IMG/VR virus record: IMGVR_UViG_2698536401_000006
DNA length: 21,234 nt
Strand: one strand, 5' to 3'
Source of the DNA: a virus
Taxonomy: Duplodnaviria > Heunggongvirae > Uroviricota > Caudoviricetes
A program made the translations under genes and the position numbers. Positions within the stretch are counted from its first letter, which is position 1, and every line of letters begins with the position of its first letter. A model generated the notes under the pieces. That model did not search any database, was not told the DNA's origin, and saw nothing but the letters and a program-made list of their open reading frames with translations. This document shows, one piece after another, positions 9,545-17,254 of the stretch.

Positions 9545-9590
9545 CACCTCTTGTAATTACAAATGTCATTACAAGTATCGCACTACAACA
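9545..9590 (-). promoter_or_regulatory. relBE promoter/operator (relO) with TTGTAAT/ATTACAA hexad repeats
   Basis: TTGTAATTACAAATGTCATTACAAG sits immediately upstream of the relB start, with palindromic TTGTAATTACAA. Confidence 0.7.
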
Positions 9591-9868
9591 TGCTTAGGGC
9601 AAGTCACGAAGGAAGTCAGAAAGTAGTCGTAAGAACGGTGATCACTGTCCGCTTTGTGCCAGGAGCAGCCATTGCTAAGTCCATCCTGTATTGTGCAGGT
9701 CAGCTCGTTTTTAAAGAGTCCGGCCATCATCTTACTGGTACAGACACCATATACTTTGTGACGGTCAGGCTACATATGCACAACTCAACTTATTCATCTA
9801 TTTTTTGCTTTAGCATGTCAGTGTTGCTTTCTCGTCGGCGGGTGAGCGGTGACCTGACCTGTCGATAA
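9563..9868 (+). CDS. Doubtful ORF, YdfV-like by position and length
   Basis: 101 aa ORF in the relB-flxA gap with no RBS and no recognisable features. It overlaps the relO promoter region. Listed only because K-12 annotates a 101 aa ydfV here. Confidence 0.2.
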   Translation: MSLQVSHYNMLRASHEGSQKVVVRTVITVRFVPGAAIAKSILYCAGQLVFKESGHHLTGTDTIYFVTVRLHMHNSTYSSIFCFSMSVLLSRRRVSGDLTCR

Positions 9869-10020
9869 AGGAACGTAACACGTTTTATGCAACACCCGCA
9901 TGCGGCAGAAAATTATTGCCGAACGTTTACCCCTGTCAACAAGCTTTACTTTCTGAGGCGCGCCAGCCCGCGAGGAAAACAATCTGAACATCAAACAATT
10001 AATGACACAAGAAATACGAT

Positions 10021-10047
10021 TAAAGATTTTTTTGTGCATGCCGATAG
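10021..10047 (+). promoter_or_regulatory. Sigma-28 (FliA) class 3 flagellar promoter upstream of flxA
   Basis: TAAAGATT-N11-GCCGATAG compared with the consensus TAAAGTTT-N11-GCCGATAA; about 24 nt upstream of the flxA start. Confidence 0.75.
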
Positions 10048-10070
10048 TGCTTTTTTAAAAGGAGAAATCT

Positions 10071-10403
10071 ATGTCTGTCACAATTCAGGGAAATACCTCA
10101 ACCGTTATTTCAAACAACTCCGCCCCGGAAGGAACATCAGAAATAGCCAAAATCACAAGACAAATTCAGGTGCTGACTGAAAAGCTTGGGAAAATCTCAT
10201 CGGAAGAGGGGATGACGACACAGCAGAAAAAAGAAATGGCTGCATTGGTACAGAAGCAAATTGAAAGCCTCTGGGCTCAACTGGAGCAGTTGTTAAGGCA
10301 GCAGGCAGAGAAAAAGAATGAAGACGCGACAGTTCAGCCTGATAAAAAAGAAGAGAAAAAAGACGATACAAATACCGCTGGCACCATTGATATTTACGTC
10401 TAA
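10071..10403 (+). CDS. flxA: FlxA (FliA-regulated protein)
   Basis: 110 aa: MSVTIQGNTSTVISNNSAPEGTSEIAKITRQIQVLTEKLGKISSEEGMTTQQKKEMAALVQKQIESLWAQL... RBS AAGGAGA. Confidence 0.85.
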   Translation: MSVTIQGNTSTVISNNSAPEGTSEIAKITRQIQVLTEKLGKISSEEGMTTQQKKEMAALVQKQIESLWAQLEQLLRQQAEKKNEDATVQPDKKEEKKDDTNTAGTIDIYV

Positions 10404-10417
10404 GTGACAGCCGTATT

Positions 10418-10441
10418 GTGGCCCTCATCGGGCCACTTTTC
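10418..10441 (+). terminator. Rho-independent terminator of flxA
   Basis: Hairpin GTGGCCC-tcatc-GGGCCAC followed by TTTTCG. Confidence 0.6.
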
Positions 10442-10839
10442 GCCATCAGCCTTTTCTTTAAAGACATATTATCTTTGTATCATTTCTGATAGTTAACATT
10501 ACAAGATATAAGTAATGGACGCACTCCCAATTAGTCTATTTAAATCGCCACGAGTTTAACTGACAACCCATGATCAATTATGAATTGCAACTATTTCTGT
10601 AGTCACTTTTGTGGGGACAGTCCACAAAACTGCCAACTTCCGCTTCTTGCTCTTAGCGGACATTAGCATAGGCTATTTACCATAACGCCTCATTACGCGC
10701 ACCGCCCAGACTGACTCAGCGCGTTTCTGGCATATCCCCGGTAAAACAAGTAACAAACCACCCGAAAATGAACACCAGAAACGCGACTTAAGAATCTACC
10801 CTATGAATGGATATGCACTCAACCGAATCGATCTTGGTT

Positions 10840-12153
10840 TCAATCTTTTTTATCGGGATCAGGCTTCTTTTTAGGTAACTTCGGGGGCTTAACTTGCTGA
10901 TGACTTTGCGTTCGGCGCGTAAGCCAGGGATGGTCAGCTTTAGGTTTAACATAGTATTTTGAGCGTAAATCAATACGGGCATTATCCACTCGTTCATGGA
11001 CACTCTTTTCATCATCCAGTGGTATAGGCTCCGGGCCATCAACATACTTTTCCCAGCCCAGCGCTTTCCCGTCATACAGAACGTTAATTTCACCGTCAAA
11101 GTTCTCGCATACAGTAACAACCGAATGCCTAAGTCGATATCCCCGGCCCTCACTGCGTACCTGAAACGCACTGCTTTTGTACTGGAAAGTGAGATTTTTA
11201 GACAGAACGCGCTTCGCCTGTAGGCTGAAGATATAACCCAGTTCCTCTTCAGAATGGTGCACATCAAGATGAGCATTATCAGTAGTACGAGGCGACGTAG
11301 CGAACCGGTTGTTATAGGCTTCAATAAAGGTCGGCAACCATGCATTTGCTGTTTCAATATCACTGATATTCTGAAGCCGCATTTCTTTGACCAGCCTGTC
11401 CTGTAGTGTCTGATTGGCGCGCTCTACCCGCCCTTTTGCCTGCGGGCTGTTGGCATGGATTGGCTCGATGCCCAGTGTCTTTATCGCACGAGTGAACTGG
11501 GTCAGCTCACCTTCCCGCTCTGGGTTATTTACCCTGAATATACTGTGTCTATCAGAGTAGAGAGCGAGCGGTACGCCATGATCATTAAGGTAACCCCGGA
11601 GGGTTTCCATGTAAGCCCGGGTTGTTTCAGCAGGCACAAAACGCAACGCCATCAACGCACTGGTGGCATCATCAATGAAAACGATCAGTGTACATCTGGG
11701 GCCTCGATTTTCAAACCAGTCATGAGGTGAGCCATCAATCTGGATCAGTTCACCGTAAGATGGTCGTCGCATGCGGCGTTGATATATACGGGCAATTTTA
11801 CGACGGCGTTCACGCCATAACCCCTCTTCTATCATCCACTTTCTGAGAGTTTCAACGGATAAAGATAAACCGTGTATCTCGCGCAATTTTTCGCACGCAA
11901 ACGTAGGTCCAAAATCAGCGTAACGGCCTTTGAGGAGTGAAATTACTGTTGCTCTGAATTCAGTAGAAAAGGAATTATTAGGACGCTTTCCACGTCGGTG
12001 GGAAACCAGACCAGAAGGCCCTTCATTTCTATACCGTTGCACCAGACGTTTAACCTGCCGAATAGAAATGCCAATGCGTGCCGCAGCTTGTTCCTGAATA
12101 ATCTGAAGTCGGTGGAGTTCCTTATGACTCATCGTAACAGTCTCTTTGATCAT
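10840..12153 (-). CDS. DDE transposase with N-terminal HTH and rve (integrase-core) domain, IS481-like in architecture
   Basis: 437 aa with an N-terminal HTH region (ISIRQVKRLVQRY) and D/D/E-type core segments (IQIDGSPHDWF, LIVFIDDATS, LYSDRHSIF, ERANQTLQD). IS family is not established and IS ends were not identified. Confidence 0.75.
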   Translation of the reverse strand: MIKETVTMSHKELHRLQIIQEQAAARIGISIRQVKRLVQRYRNEGPSGLVSHRRGKRPNNSFSTEFRATVISLLKGRYADFGPTFACEKLREIHGLSLSVETLRKWMIEEGLWRERRRKIARIYQRRMRRPSYGELIQIDGSPHDWFENRGPRCTLIVFIDDATSALMALRFVPAETTRAYMETLRGYLNDHGVPLALYSDRHSIFRVNNPEREGELTQFTRAIKTLGIEPIHANSPQAKGRVERANQTLQDRLVKEMRLQNISDIETANAWLPTFIEAYNNRFATSPRTTDNAHLDVHHSEEELGYIFSLQAKRVLSKNLTFQYKSSAFQVRSEGRGYRLRHSVVTVCENFDGEINVLYDGKALGWEKYVDGPEPIPLDDEKSVHERVDNARIDLRSKYYVKPKADHPWLTRRTQSHQQVKPPKLPKKKPDPDKKD

Positions 12154-12370
12154 GAAAAATCCCCCAGAGAATTGTCTGGGGACATTTTAGAATGGTTCAA
12201 AGGGGACATTACAGCTTGGTGTTAACAATAGCCTGCTTCTCCGTGCCTTTCGGCACGTAAGAGGCTAACCTACATGTGTCTAGCATGAAATTGGCCTCAG
12301 ATTAATGTTAAGCGTCTTGCAGGACGCGTAATGTTAACTGGGGCTTTTCTCTATCTGCCGTTGGTGTCCA

Positions 12371-12402
12371 TGCCCGAGGCAGATAGCCTCAAGCACCCGC
12401 CG
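12371..12402 (+). repeat. Left copy of a 32 bp imperfect direct repeat flanking the low-GC cassette
   Basis: TGCCCGAGGCAGATAGCCTCAAGCACCCGCCG; 27 of 32 nt match the copy at 14390-14421, with an identical 14-nt core CCTCAAGCACCCGC. Confidence 0.6.
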
Positions 12403-12636
12403 TGATTCTACAAAAACATTACCCACCTTTCCAGCAATTCACAACAACTCCATGCAAATAGTAAGTAGAATAATAAGTTATTAGTATTAGCAATTTACTT
12501 AGTTTCTAATTTGTGCCAATGATTTTCATTTTTGCATGAAAAATACCTTAACATTTTATATTTACTTACTATTTGTAAGCCCCATCAGTTCTTTCTGATG
12601 GCGGCTGGTATTTCAGTTCCAGATATAGTATATGCT

Positions 12637-13665
12637 TTACGCCTTAATAGGGTTAATCACATTTCCGCTATCCGTACCATAGTATTTTTTTGTAGTCATG
12701 CCTTGTTTATAATAATCATTTAACAGTTTGAGAAAGTTTCTTCCTTGCCTCTCATCTTCTATGACTAATTTACCATGCTCATTGGTCTTAAACTCTTCGT
12801 TCTGAAACATTTTTAGCACATCATTCATAGCTTGAACATCATTCTTTTCCAGAACCGTATGGTTACCTTTCTCAGCGATATGAGTGAGAATTTTTCTCAG
12901 TGATGGCTTATGAAGAATAGCTTGTTCAATAACATCTAAACCTTCAATAAGATCAAGTTCTTTAATTGTATTTAATGTTTTTTGTGCAGCTTCTGTAAAC
13001 TCAACCTCCAAGCCTACAATAGCCTCAAAACTTTTCTTATGAAATACATAAAATTGATCTTTTATATAAATACAATCGATTTTGTCATCAAAATTGACTG
13101 CGCTGCCATCAAATGATCTTAACTCTTTATCTGTTTTATCAAACAAAGCGAATACGCGCTGAGTCATATTTTGTGGTTCATTTGTTGTGACTTTCCCCCT
13201 GCTGATTTTTCGGAAAGAATAAGTGACGTCAGCCCCCTTTTGGACTTTAATACAATAGGCCCACAAATCATTCTGAACCTCAGCCAGAGAGGTAAGTACA
13301 ACTGGTTTATCATTCTTTATATCGTTATTAATAACTTTTGAAAACGATATCGCGTTATTCATAGCATAGGCATAAATCTTATTATCAATATCATCATCAA
13401 TAACAGTATACTTTTTCATCACAATATCATCTTTCGAAGCATGAGAAATAATCTGGTTTGATAAAGTATACTTAAAAAATTTAGCAATATCTGGAGCGAT
13501 TGGAGCTTTAATGATTTTAAAATCGAATTTATCAACAACTCTTGCGGTTCTACTCATACCCGCTTTAAGATGTCTAGTAATGAAATACAACGATATTTTC
13601 GCCGCATCATCATCCTTAAGTTGCTCAGCATACTCTAATAATTCTTCAAGCTTTAACATTTTCAT
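12637..13665 (-). CDS. Hypothetical 342 aa soluble protein, second gene of the low-GC cassette (candidate defence effector/sensor)
   Basis: AT-rich ORF with Lys/Asn/Ile-biased codon usage unlike the surrounding prophage. Translationally coupled (ATGA overlap) to the upstream membrane protein gene. No motif I can name. Confidence 0.75.
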   Translation of the reverse strand: MKMLKLEELLEYAEQLKDDDAAKISLYFITRHLKAGMSRTARVVDKFDFKIIKAPIAPDIAKFFKYTLSNQIISHASKDDIVMKKYTVIDDDIDNKIYAYAMNNAISFSKVINNDIKNDKPVVLTSLAEVQNDLWAYCIKVQKGADVTYSFRKISRGKVTTNEPQNMTQRVFALFDKTDKELRSFDGSAVNFDDKIDCIYIKDQFYVFHKKSFEAIVGLEVEFTEAAQKTLNTIKELDLIEGLDVIEQAILHKPSLRKILTHIAEKGNHTVLEKNDVQAMNDVLKMFQNEEFKTNEHGKLVIEDERQGRNFLKLLNDYYKQGMTTKKYYGTDSGNVINPIKA

Positions 13666-14276
13666 TCCTTATGGGATTCAGCATAAAAAAGTTTTGGGCC
13701 CACGTCCTCAACATCAAGAAGATCATCTTCCTCCAAATACTTTGATTTAGTCAAAACCATACCAGTGCGTTTTTTGTCGCTTTCTAAATCCAAATATGTA
13801 ACTTGATATAAAGTATAATTAATACTTATTGTAGGATTTATAAGTATCATGCTTGAATTAATATATATTAAAGCCGTTACCGTTAACAATATTGCTATAG
13901 GTATAACATTAGTTAAAGTGGATAGATCCTGAAATACAAACGGAATTATATATGTAAAAAGATAGCTTATTGATTCATTGTTTTTATTTTCAATATCTAT
14001 AACTCTTACAGTTCTACCACTAGTGGCGCATCGACGTTTTATATTTTTTAAAAAAATTGTTAATCCTACAATACCAAATAATGATAATACACCAATGACA
14101 CTGACCGCGCCAAAGTATTTAAAGAAAATAGTTAATGATTCAACACTTATACCTTTCCAATTTAAATAGCTTCTATAAGTATACAATTGCACAAAACACA
14201 TGATAAAGAATAGGGGAAGGTATGACACTATAAATAGCGAAACTCTAGCACCTAAATGTAGTTTATTTACTCTCAT
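13662..14276 (-). CDS. 4-TM membrane protein, first gene of the low-GC cassette
   Basis: 204 aa with four hydrophobic segments (about 12-31, 48-74, 103-115, 123-146) and an acidic C-terminal tail. AT-rich. Its stop overlaps the start of the downstream gene. Confidence 0.7.
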   Translation of the reverse strand: MRVNKLHLGARVSLFIVSYLPLFFIMCFVQLYTYRSYLNWKGISVESLTIFFKYFGAVSVIGVLSLFGIVGLTIFLKNIKRRCATSGRTVRVIDIENKNNESISYLFTYIIPFVFQDLSTLTNVIPIAILLTVTALIYINSSMILINPTISINYTLYQVTYLDLESDKKRTGMVLTKSKYLEEDDLLDVEDVGPKLFYAESHKE

Positions 14277-14389
14277 AACTACCCCACAGCCTACACGTCT
14301 AGTATTTTATGTTATTTCGAATAATTATGCATCAGATTACCATCCTACAATTGTGCATAAAACGAGCATTTTGCTGATTTTTCTGCGGA

Positions 14390-14421
14390 TGCCTGAGACA
14401 GACAACCTCAAGCACCCGCAG
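14390..14421 (+). repeat. Right copy of the 32 bp imperfect direct repeat flanking the low-GC cassette
   Basis: TGCCTGAGACAGACAACCTCAAGCACCCGCAG; pairs with 12371-12402. Confidence 0.6.
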
Positions 14422-14484
14422 CAATTTTACTTAACTCCCGCTACCTCGCCAATATGAAATCAATAAGAAAGGTGCTCCATAAAA

Positions 14485-15171
14485 TCACTCCTTCTCTTCT
14501 TTATCGTAGTGGAGTTGACCAATTTTGATAAGAGGGCGTCCCTGAGATTTGCGGTGTAGATTGGTATCGCGCAGAGAATACACACAGCCACAATATTCCT
14601 GCTGATAGAATTTTTCGCGCTTGCTGATTTCAATCATGCGGGACGAGCCGCCCTGCTTGCGCCAGTTATAATCCCAGTACACCATGCCCGGATAATGCGC
14701 GACGGCTCGCCGCCCACAGTCGTTAACCTGCTGCATATTTTTCCAGCGTGAAATGCCCAGTGAACTGCTGATCACACTGAAACCATTTTCAGCAGCGTAC
14801 AGCGCTGTCCGCTCAAAACGCATGTCAAAACACATGGTACAACGGATCCCCCTCTCGGGCTCCCATTCCATTCCTTTGGCACGTTCAAACCAGTTGTCTG
14901 TGTCGTAATCAGCATCAATAAATGGCACGCCGTGTTGTTCAGCAAAGCGAATATTCTCATCCTTACGAATTAAATACTCTTTCTGAGGATGAATGTTCGG
15001 GTTGTAGAAAAAGATGGTATAGTCGATTCCCGAGGCCTGAAGCGCCTCCATCACTTCACCGGAACATGGAGCACAGCAAGAGTGCAGTAGTAGTTTGTTT
15101 GCCCCGTTTGGGAGCTCCAATTTAGGCCGTTTGAAATCAGCAATAGTCATAAATATTTTTATTGGGGTCAT
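14485..15171 (-). CDS. QueH-like protein (DUF208, epoxyqueuosine reductase family)
   Basis: 228 aa containing [14 protein letters not shown] near the N-terminus, the Cys motif I associate with QueH/DUF208, plus further conserved Cys (CTMC, CGC). Start could be the internal Met at 15150. Confidence 0.65.
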   Translation of the reverse strand: MTPIKIFMTIADFKRPKLELPNGANKLLLHSCCAPCSGEVMEALQASGIDYTIFFYNPNIHPQKEYLIRKDENIRFAEQHGVPFIDADYDTDNWFERAKGMEWEPERGIRCTMCFDMRFERTALYAAENGFSVISSSLGISRWKNMQQVNDCGRRAVAHYPGMVYWDYNWRKQGGSSRMIEISKREKFYQQEYCGCVYSLRDTNLHRKSQGRPLIKIGQLHYDKEEKE

Positions 15172-15347
15172 GAAAATAGCACAGAGTGTAGCATCAGGGC
15201 TATCGGGAATAGATGTCTAAATCTGGTAATATCTGCTTTTGACGCAAAGCAGACAACCACGCTAGCTCAATCCTGTGCCGTGAAAATGTCAATTCACATC
15301 TGAACTAATGCTCTTTAATCTAGTTACGTCTATAAATAACGAAAATT

Positions 15348-15746
15348 TCACTGATAAAATGCCAGTATGCGCTGCATAACTTCGCTCTTCCGGCACTCAC
15401 AGCAAATTATGTTTTGGTGCCTGTCATAACGACGTATTTCTCCGTCAGGTAATGACCAGATAAGGTCCGGATCAACCACAGATGTTTTCTTCACCTTTGC
15501 CCTCGAGAGTTTTTTGCGGGCGTTTTGCCAGTCCTTACGAGCCTGTTCAGACGGGAATAACCCGTAGCCAGAGTTATATACATCACCACTGGCAACCAGC
15601 TCTCTGGCGAGAACGCTCATCAGATATCTTGTCGCACCTGTCTTGGCTTCCAGTTGCCGTAACGTCTCGCGCCCACTCCGGCGTACTAGCTCAACAACCT
15701 GCCCCTTGATTTTTTCCCGCTCTTCTTGTGTAAAAACTTTTGCCAC
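15348..15746 (-). CDS. Hypothetical 132 aa early-region protein
   Basis: ORF immediately downstream of the O-like gene; no recognisable motifs (no Walker A). Function unknown. Confidence 0.5.
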   Translation of the reverse strand: MAKVFTQEEREKIKGQVVELVRRSGRETLRQLEAKTGATRYLMSVLARELVASGDVYNSGYGLFPSEQARKDWQNARKKLSRAKVKKTSVVDPDLIWSLPDGEIRRYDRHQNIICCECRKSEVMQRILAFYQ

Positions 15747-15786
15747 AAGTCCCCCTTAAAATTACCTCATGACCTGAAATCAAAAC

Positions 15787-16806
15787 TTATCCTCTGAAAC
15801 CAGGCGGAATTTCTGTATCCGGTTCAGAAATATGATTAACACAACGCTGTACAGGTGAACGCCCCAGGCGGATGACCAGTTCGTCCCATTTTTCGCGGAG
15901 CTTTGACGGGCTCATGATGTTTTTTACCCAGAATGGATCCCGCTGTACCCGACCAAACATTTCACAAATTTGTCTGTGGCTTCTGCCATCCAGCATCCGC
16001 ATTGTGCGCACATCATTGGCCCAGACAGTCCAGTTAGGCTCTTTTGGTCGCATGATCTCGCCATCATCACTGGCGGCCTGTTCGTAGAGACCCACGATCC
16101 GCCCCCATATCCACTGCGCACACGCCAGATCCTCCTGGCTACCCCACTGGCGTTTTTTCGCACTAAACACAACTGCGCCAGGGTGCCGGATTAAAAAATC
16201 CTGTTCAGCCGTCTGCGGGTCCGGTTGCGAAGCTTCCGGACGAAAAGTGTTTTTATTCTCTGTAGTAATCTCTGTTGTATTCTCTGTAGGATCATCGGGC
16301 CATTTTGACCCGATGACATTGGGTCGTTTTGAACCAATGGAGCGTTTCATTTTGACCTCTTCCATCGTGTCATTTTGACCTGATGGAGCGGCGCATTTTG
16401 AACCGATGGATTCGCTCAATTTGCCATCATCTAAAAGCTCGCTCCCATAGTTAATCGTGTAGAAATTGGTCATATCGCGCTTTGATTTATTGAGCTTTTC
16501 ACAACGCAAAAGCCCCAGCGTTTTCAGACTTGCAAACGCGCGCTTTAACGTTGACTCTGACCAGAATGGGAACTGTTCCAGCCATTGTTCCGTTGTGTTG
16601 TAAATCCAGCGAACACCATCACATTCCATGCCGGAATTGGTATCTCTCAACCAGTAATGCAACTGCTGCAACACAATGGCTTCATTTAAGCCAATCTTCA
16701 TCGCAAGCTGTGTGTTTATAACCAGTGGGCGTTCAGCAAAAAGAAGGCTCATAATTCCATCCAGCTTTTTGTTGGTATTGCTGTCGATACGCAAGTTTGA
16801 AAGCAA
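15787..16806 (-). CDS. Lambda O-like replication initiator with the origin embedded in its coding sequence
   Basis: 339 aa with an N-terminal winged-helix-like region. Five iterons in the middle of the gene give the peptide repeats SIGSK/VIGSK. Lies downstream of cro-like dicC. Start may be the internal Met at 16752. Confidence 0.7.
   Translation of the reverse strand: MLSNLRIDSNTNKKLDGIMSLLFAERPLVINTQLAMKIGLNEAIVLQQLHYWLRDTNSGMECDGVRWIYNTTEQWLEQFPFWSESTLKRAFASLKTLGLLRCEKLNKSKRDMTNFYTINYGSELLDDGKLSESIGSKCAAPSGQNDTMEEVKMKRSIGSKRPNVIGSKWPDDPTENTTEITTENKNTFRPEASQPDPQTAEQDFLIRHPGAVVFSAKKRQWGSQEDLACAQWIWGRIVGLYEQAASDDGEIMRPKEPNWTVWANDVRTMRMLDGRSHRQICEMFGRVQRDPFWVKNIMSPSKLREKWDELVIRLGRSPVQRCVNHISEPDTEIPPGFRG
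16295..16410. repeat. Replication origin iterons: five copies of about CATTTTGA(C/A)C(C/T)GATGG at 23-24 bp spacing
   Basis: Copies start near 16301, 16325, 16348, 16371 and 16394; the first is part of the palindrome TCATCGGG..CCCGATGA. An adjacent AT-rich tract with ACAGAGAATA repeats (16230-16290) lies on the downstream side, as in lambda ori. Confidence 0.75.
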
Positions 16807-17254
16807 TTGCTTTTTCTATAAGTTCGTCAGTTTCACGATCCACTACGGCAGGATCAGCAAAAAGCAGTCCGGACTCCACCACATCGCCATATTCTTTGTT
16901 TAACCCGGCGATCATGTACGTGATGCTTTTTCCGTCACTAATTTCACGATGCAACCTGAAATCATTAATCCGGATAGCCTCCATAATTGCAGGCACTAGC
17001 GCCGTGAACTTTTCACGCTTATCCCTGGTGTCGATAGCCTTCCAGCGTTCGAATATCTTCACTCGATTAACGCCAAGCGCTCGCTGATCAACCGCGCCAC
17101 CTTCATCTGTGACACGCTGAACATCGATGTTCGGGCGCTCTTTCAAAGCCCAGAATGCTTCAGTGATTAATATCGTCGCCTGCTCCTGTGTCATTCCTGG
17201 TCGACATATCCAGGCATCCAGAGCCTCACGAGCCTGTTCAGGAGTGATTTTCAT
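16733..17254 (-). CDS. Hypothetical 173 aa early protein adjacent to dicC (cII/YdaT position)
   Basis: ORF overlapping the dicC stop. Possible weak resemblance to YdaT-type proteins, but this is from uncertain memory only. Confidence 0.55.
   Translation of the reverse strand: MKITPEQAREALDAWICRPGMTQEQATILITEAFWALKERPNIDVQRVTDEGGAVDQRALGVNRVKIFERWKAIDTRDKREKFTALVPAIMEAIRINDFRLHREISDGKSITYMIAGLNKEYGDVVESGLLFADPAVVDRETDELIEKAIAFKLAYRQQYQQKAGWNYEPSFC

Noticed and set aside
10788-11363. 191 aa minus-strand ORF from the track
   Set aside because: It lies entirely inside the 437 aa transposase ORF in a different frame, so it is almost certainly spurious.
10590-12230. GGGGACA-containing motifs on both sides of the transposase as IS terminal inverted repeats
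   Set aside because: The motifs are in the same orientation on both flanks (direct, not inverted), so they do not define IS ends.
12637-13665. Possibility that the 342 aa cassette protein is a CBASS/Pycsar-type nucleotidyltransferase
   Set aside because: I found no GS-x(9-13)-DxD nucleotidyltransferase motif. The closest segment (DGSAVNFDDKID) has the wrong spacing.
12371-14421. Flanking repeats as ordinary REP/BIME elements
   Set aside because: The sequence does not match the REP consensus as I recall it, and the two copies bracket the low-GC insert precisely.
16295-16410. Regularly spaced about 23 bp repeats that could suggest a CRISPR array
   Set aside because: The repeats are imperfect and contiguous, lie inside a coding region and have no spacers or cas genes. 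The pattern fits replication-origin iterons.
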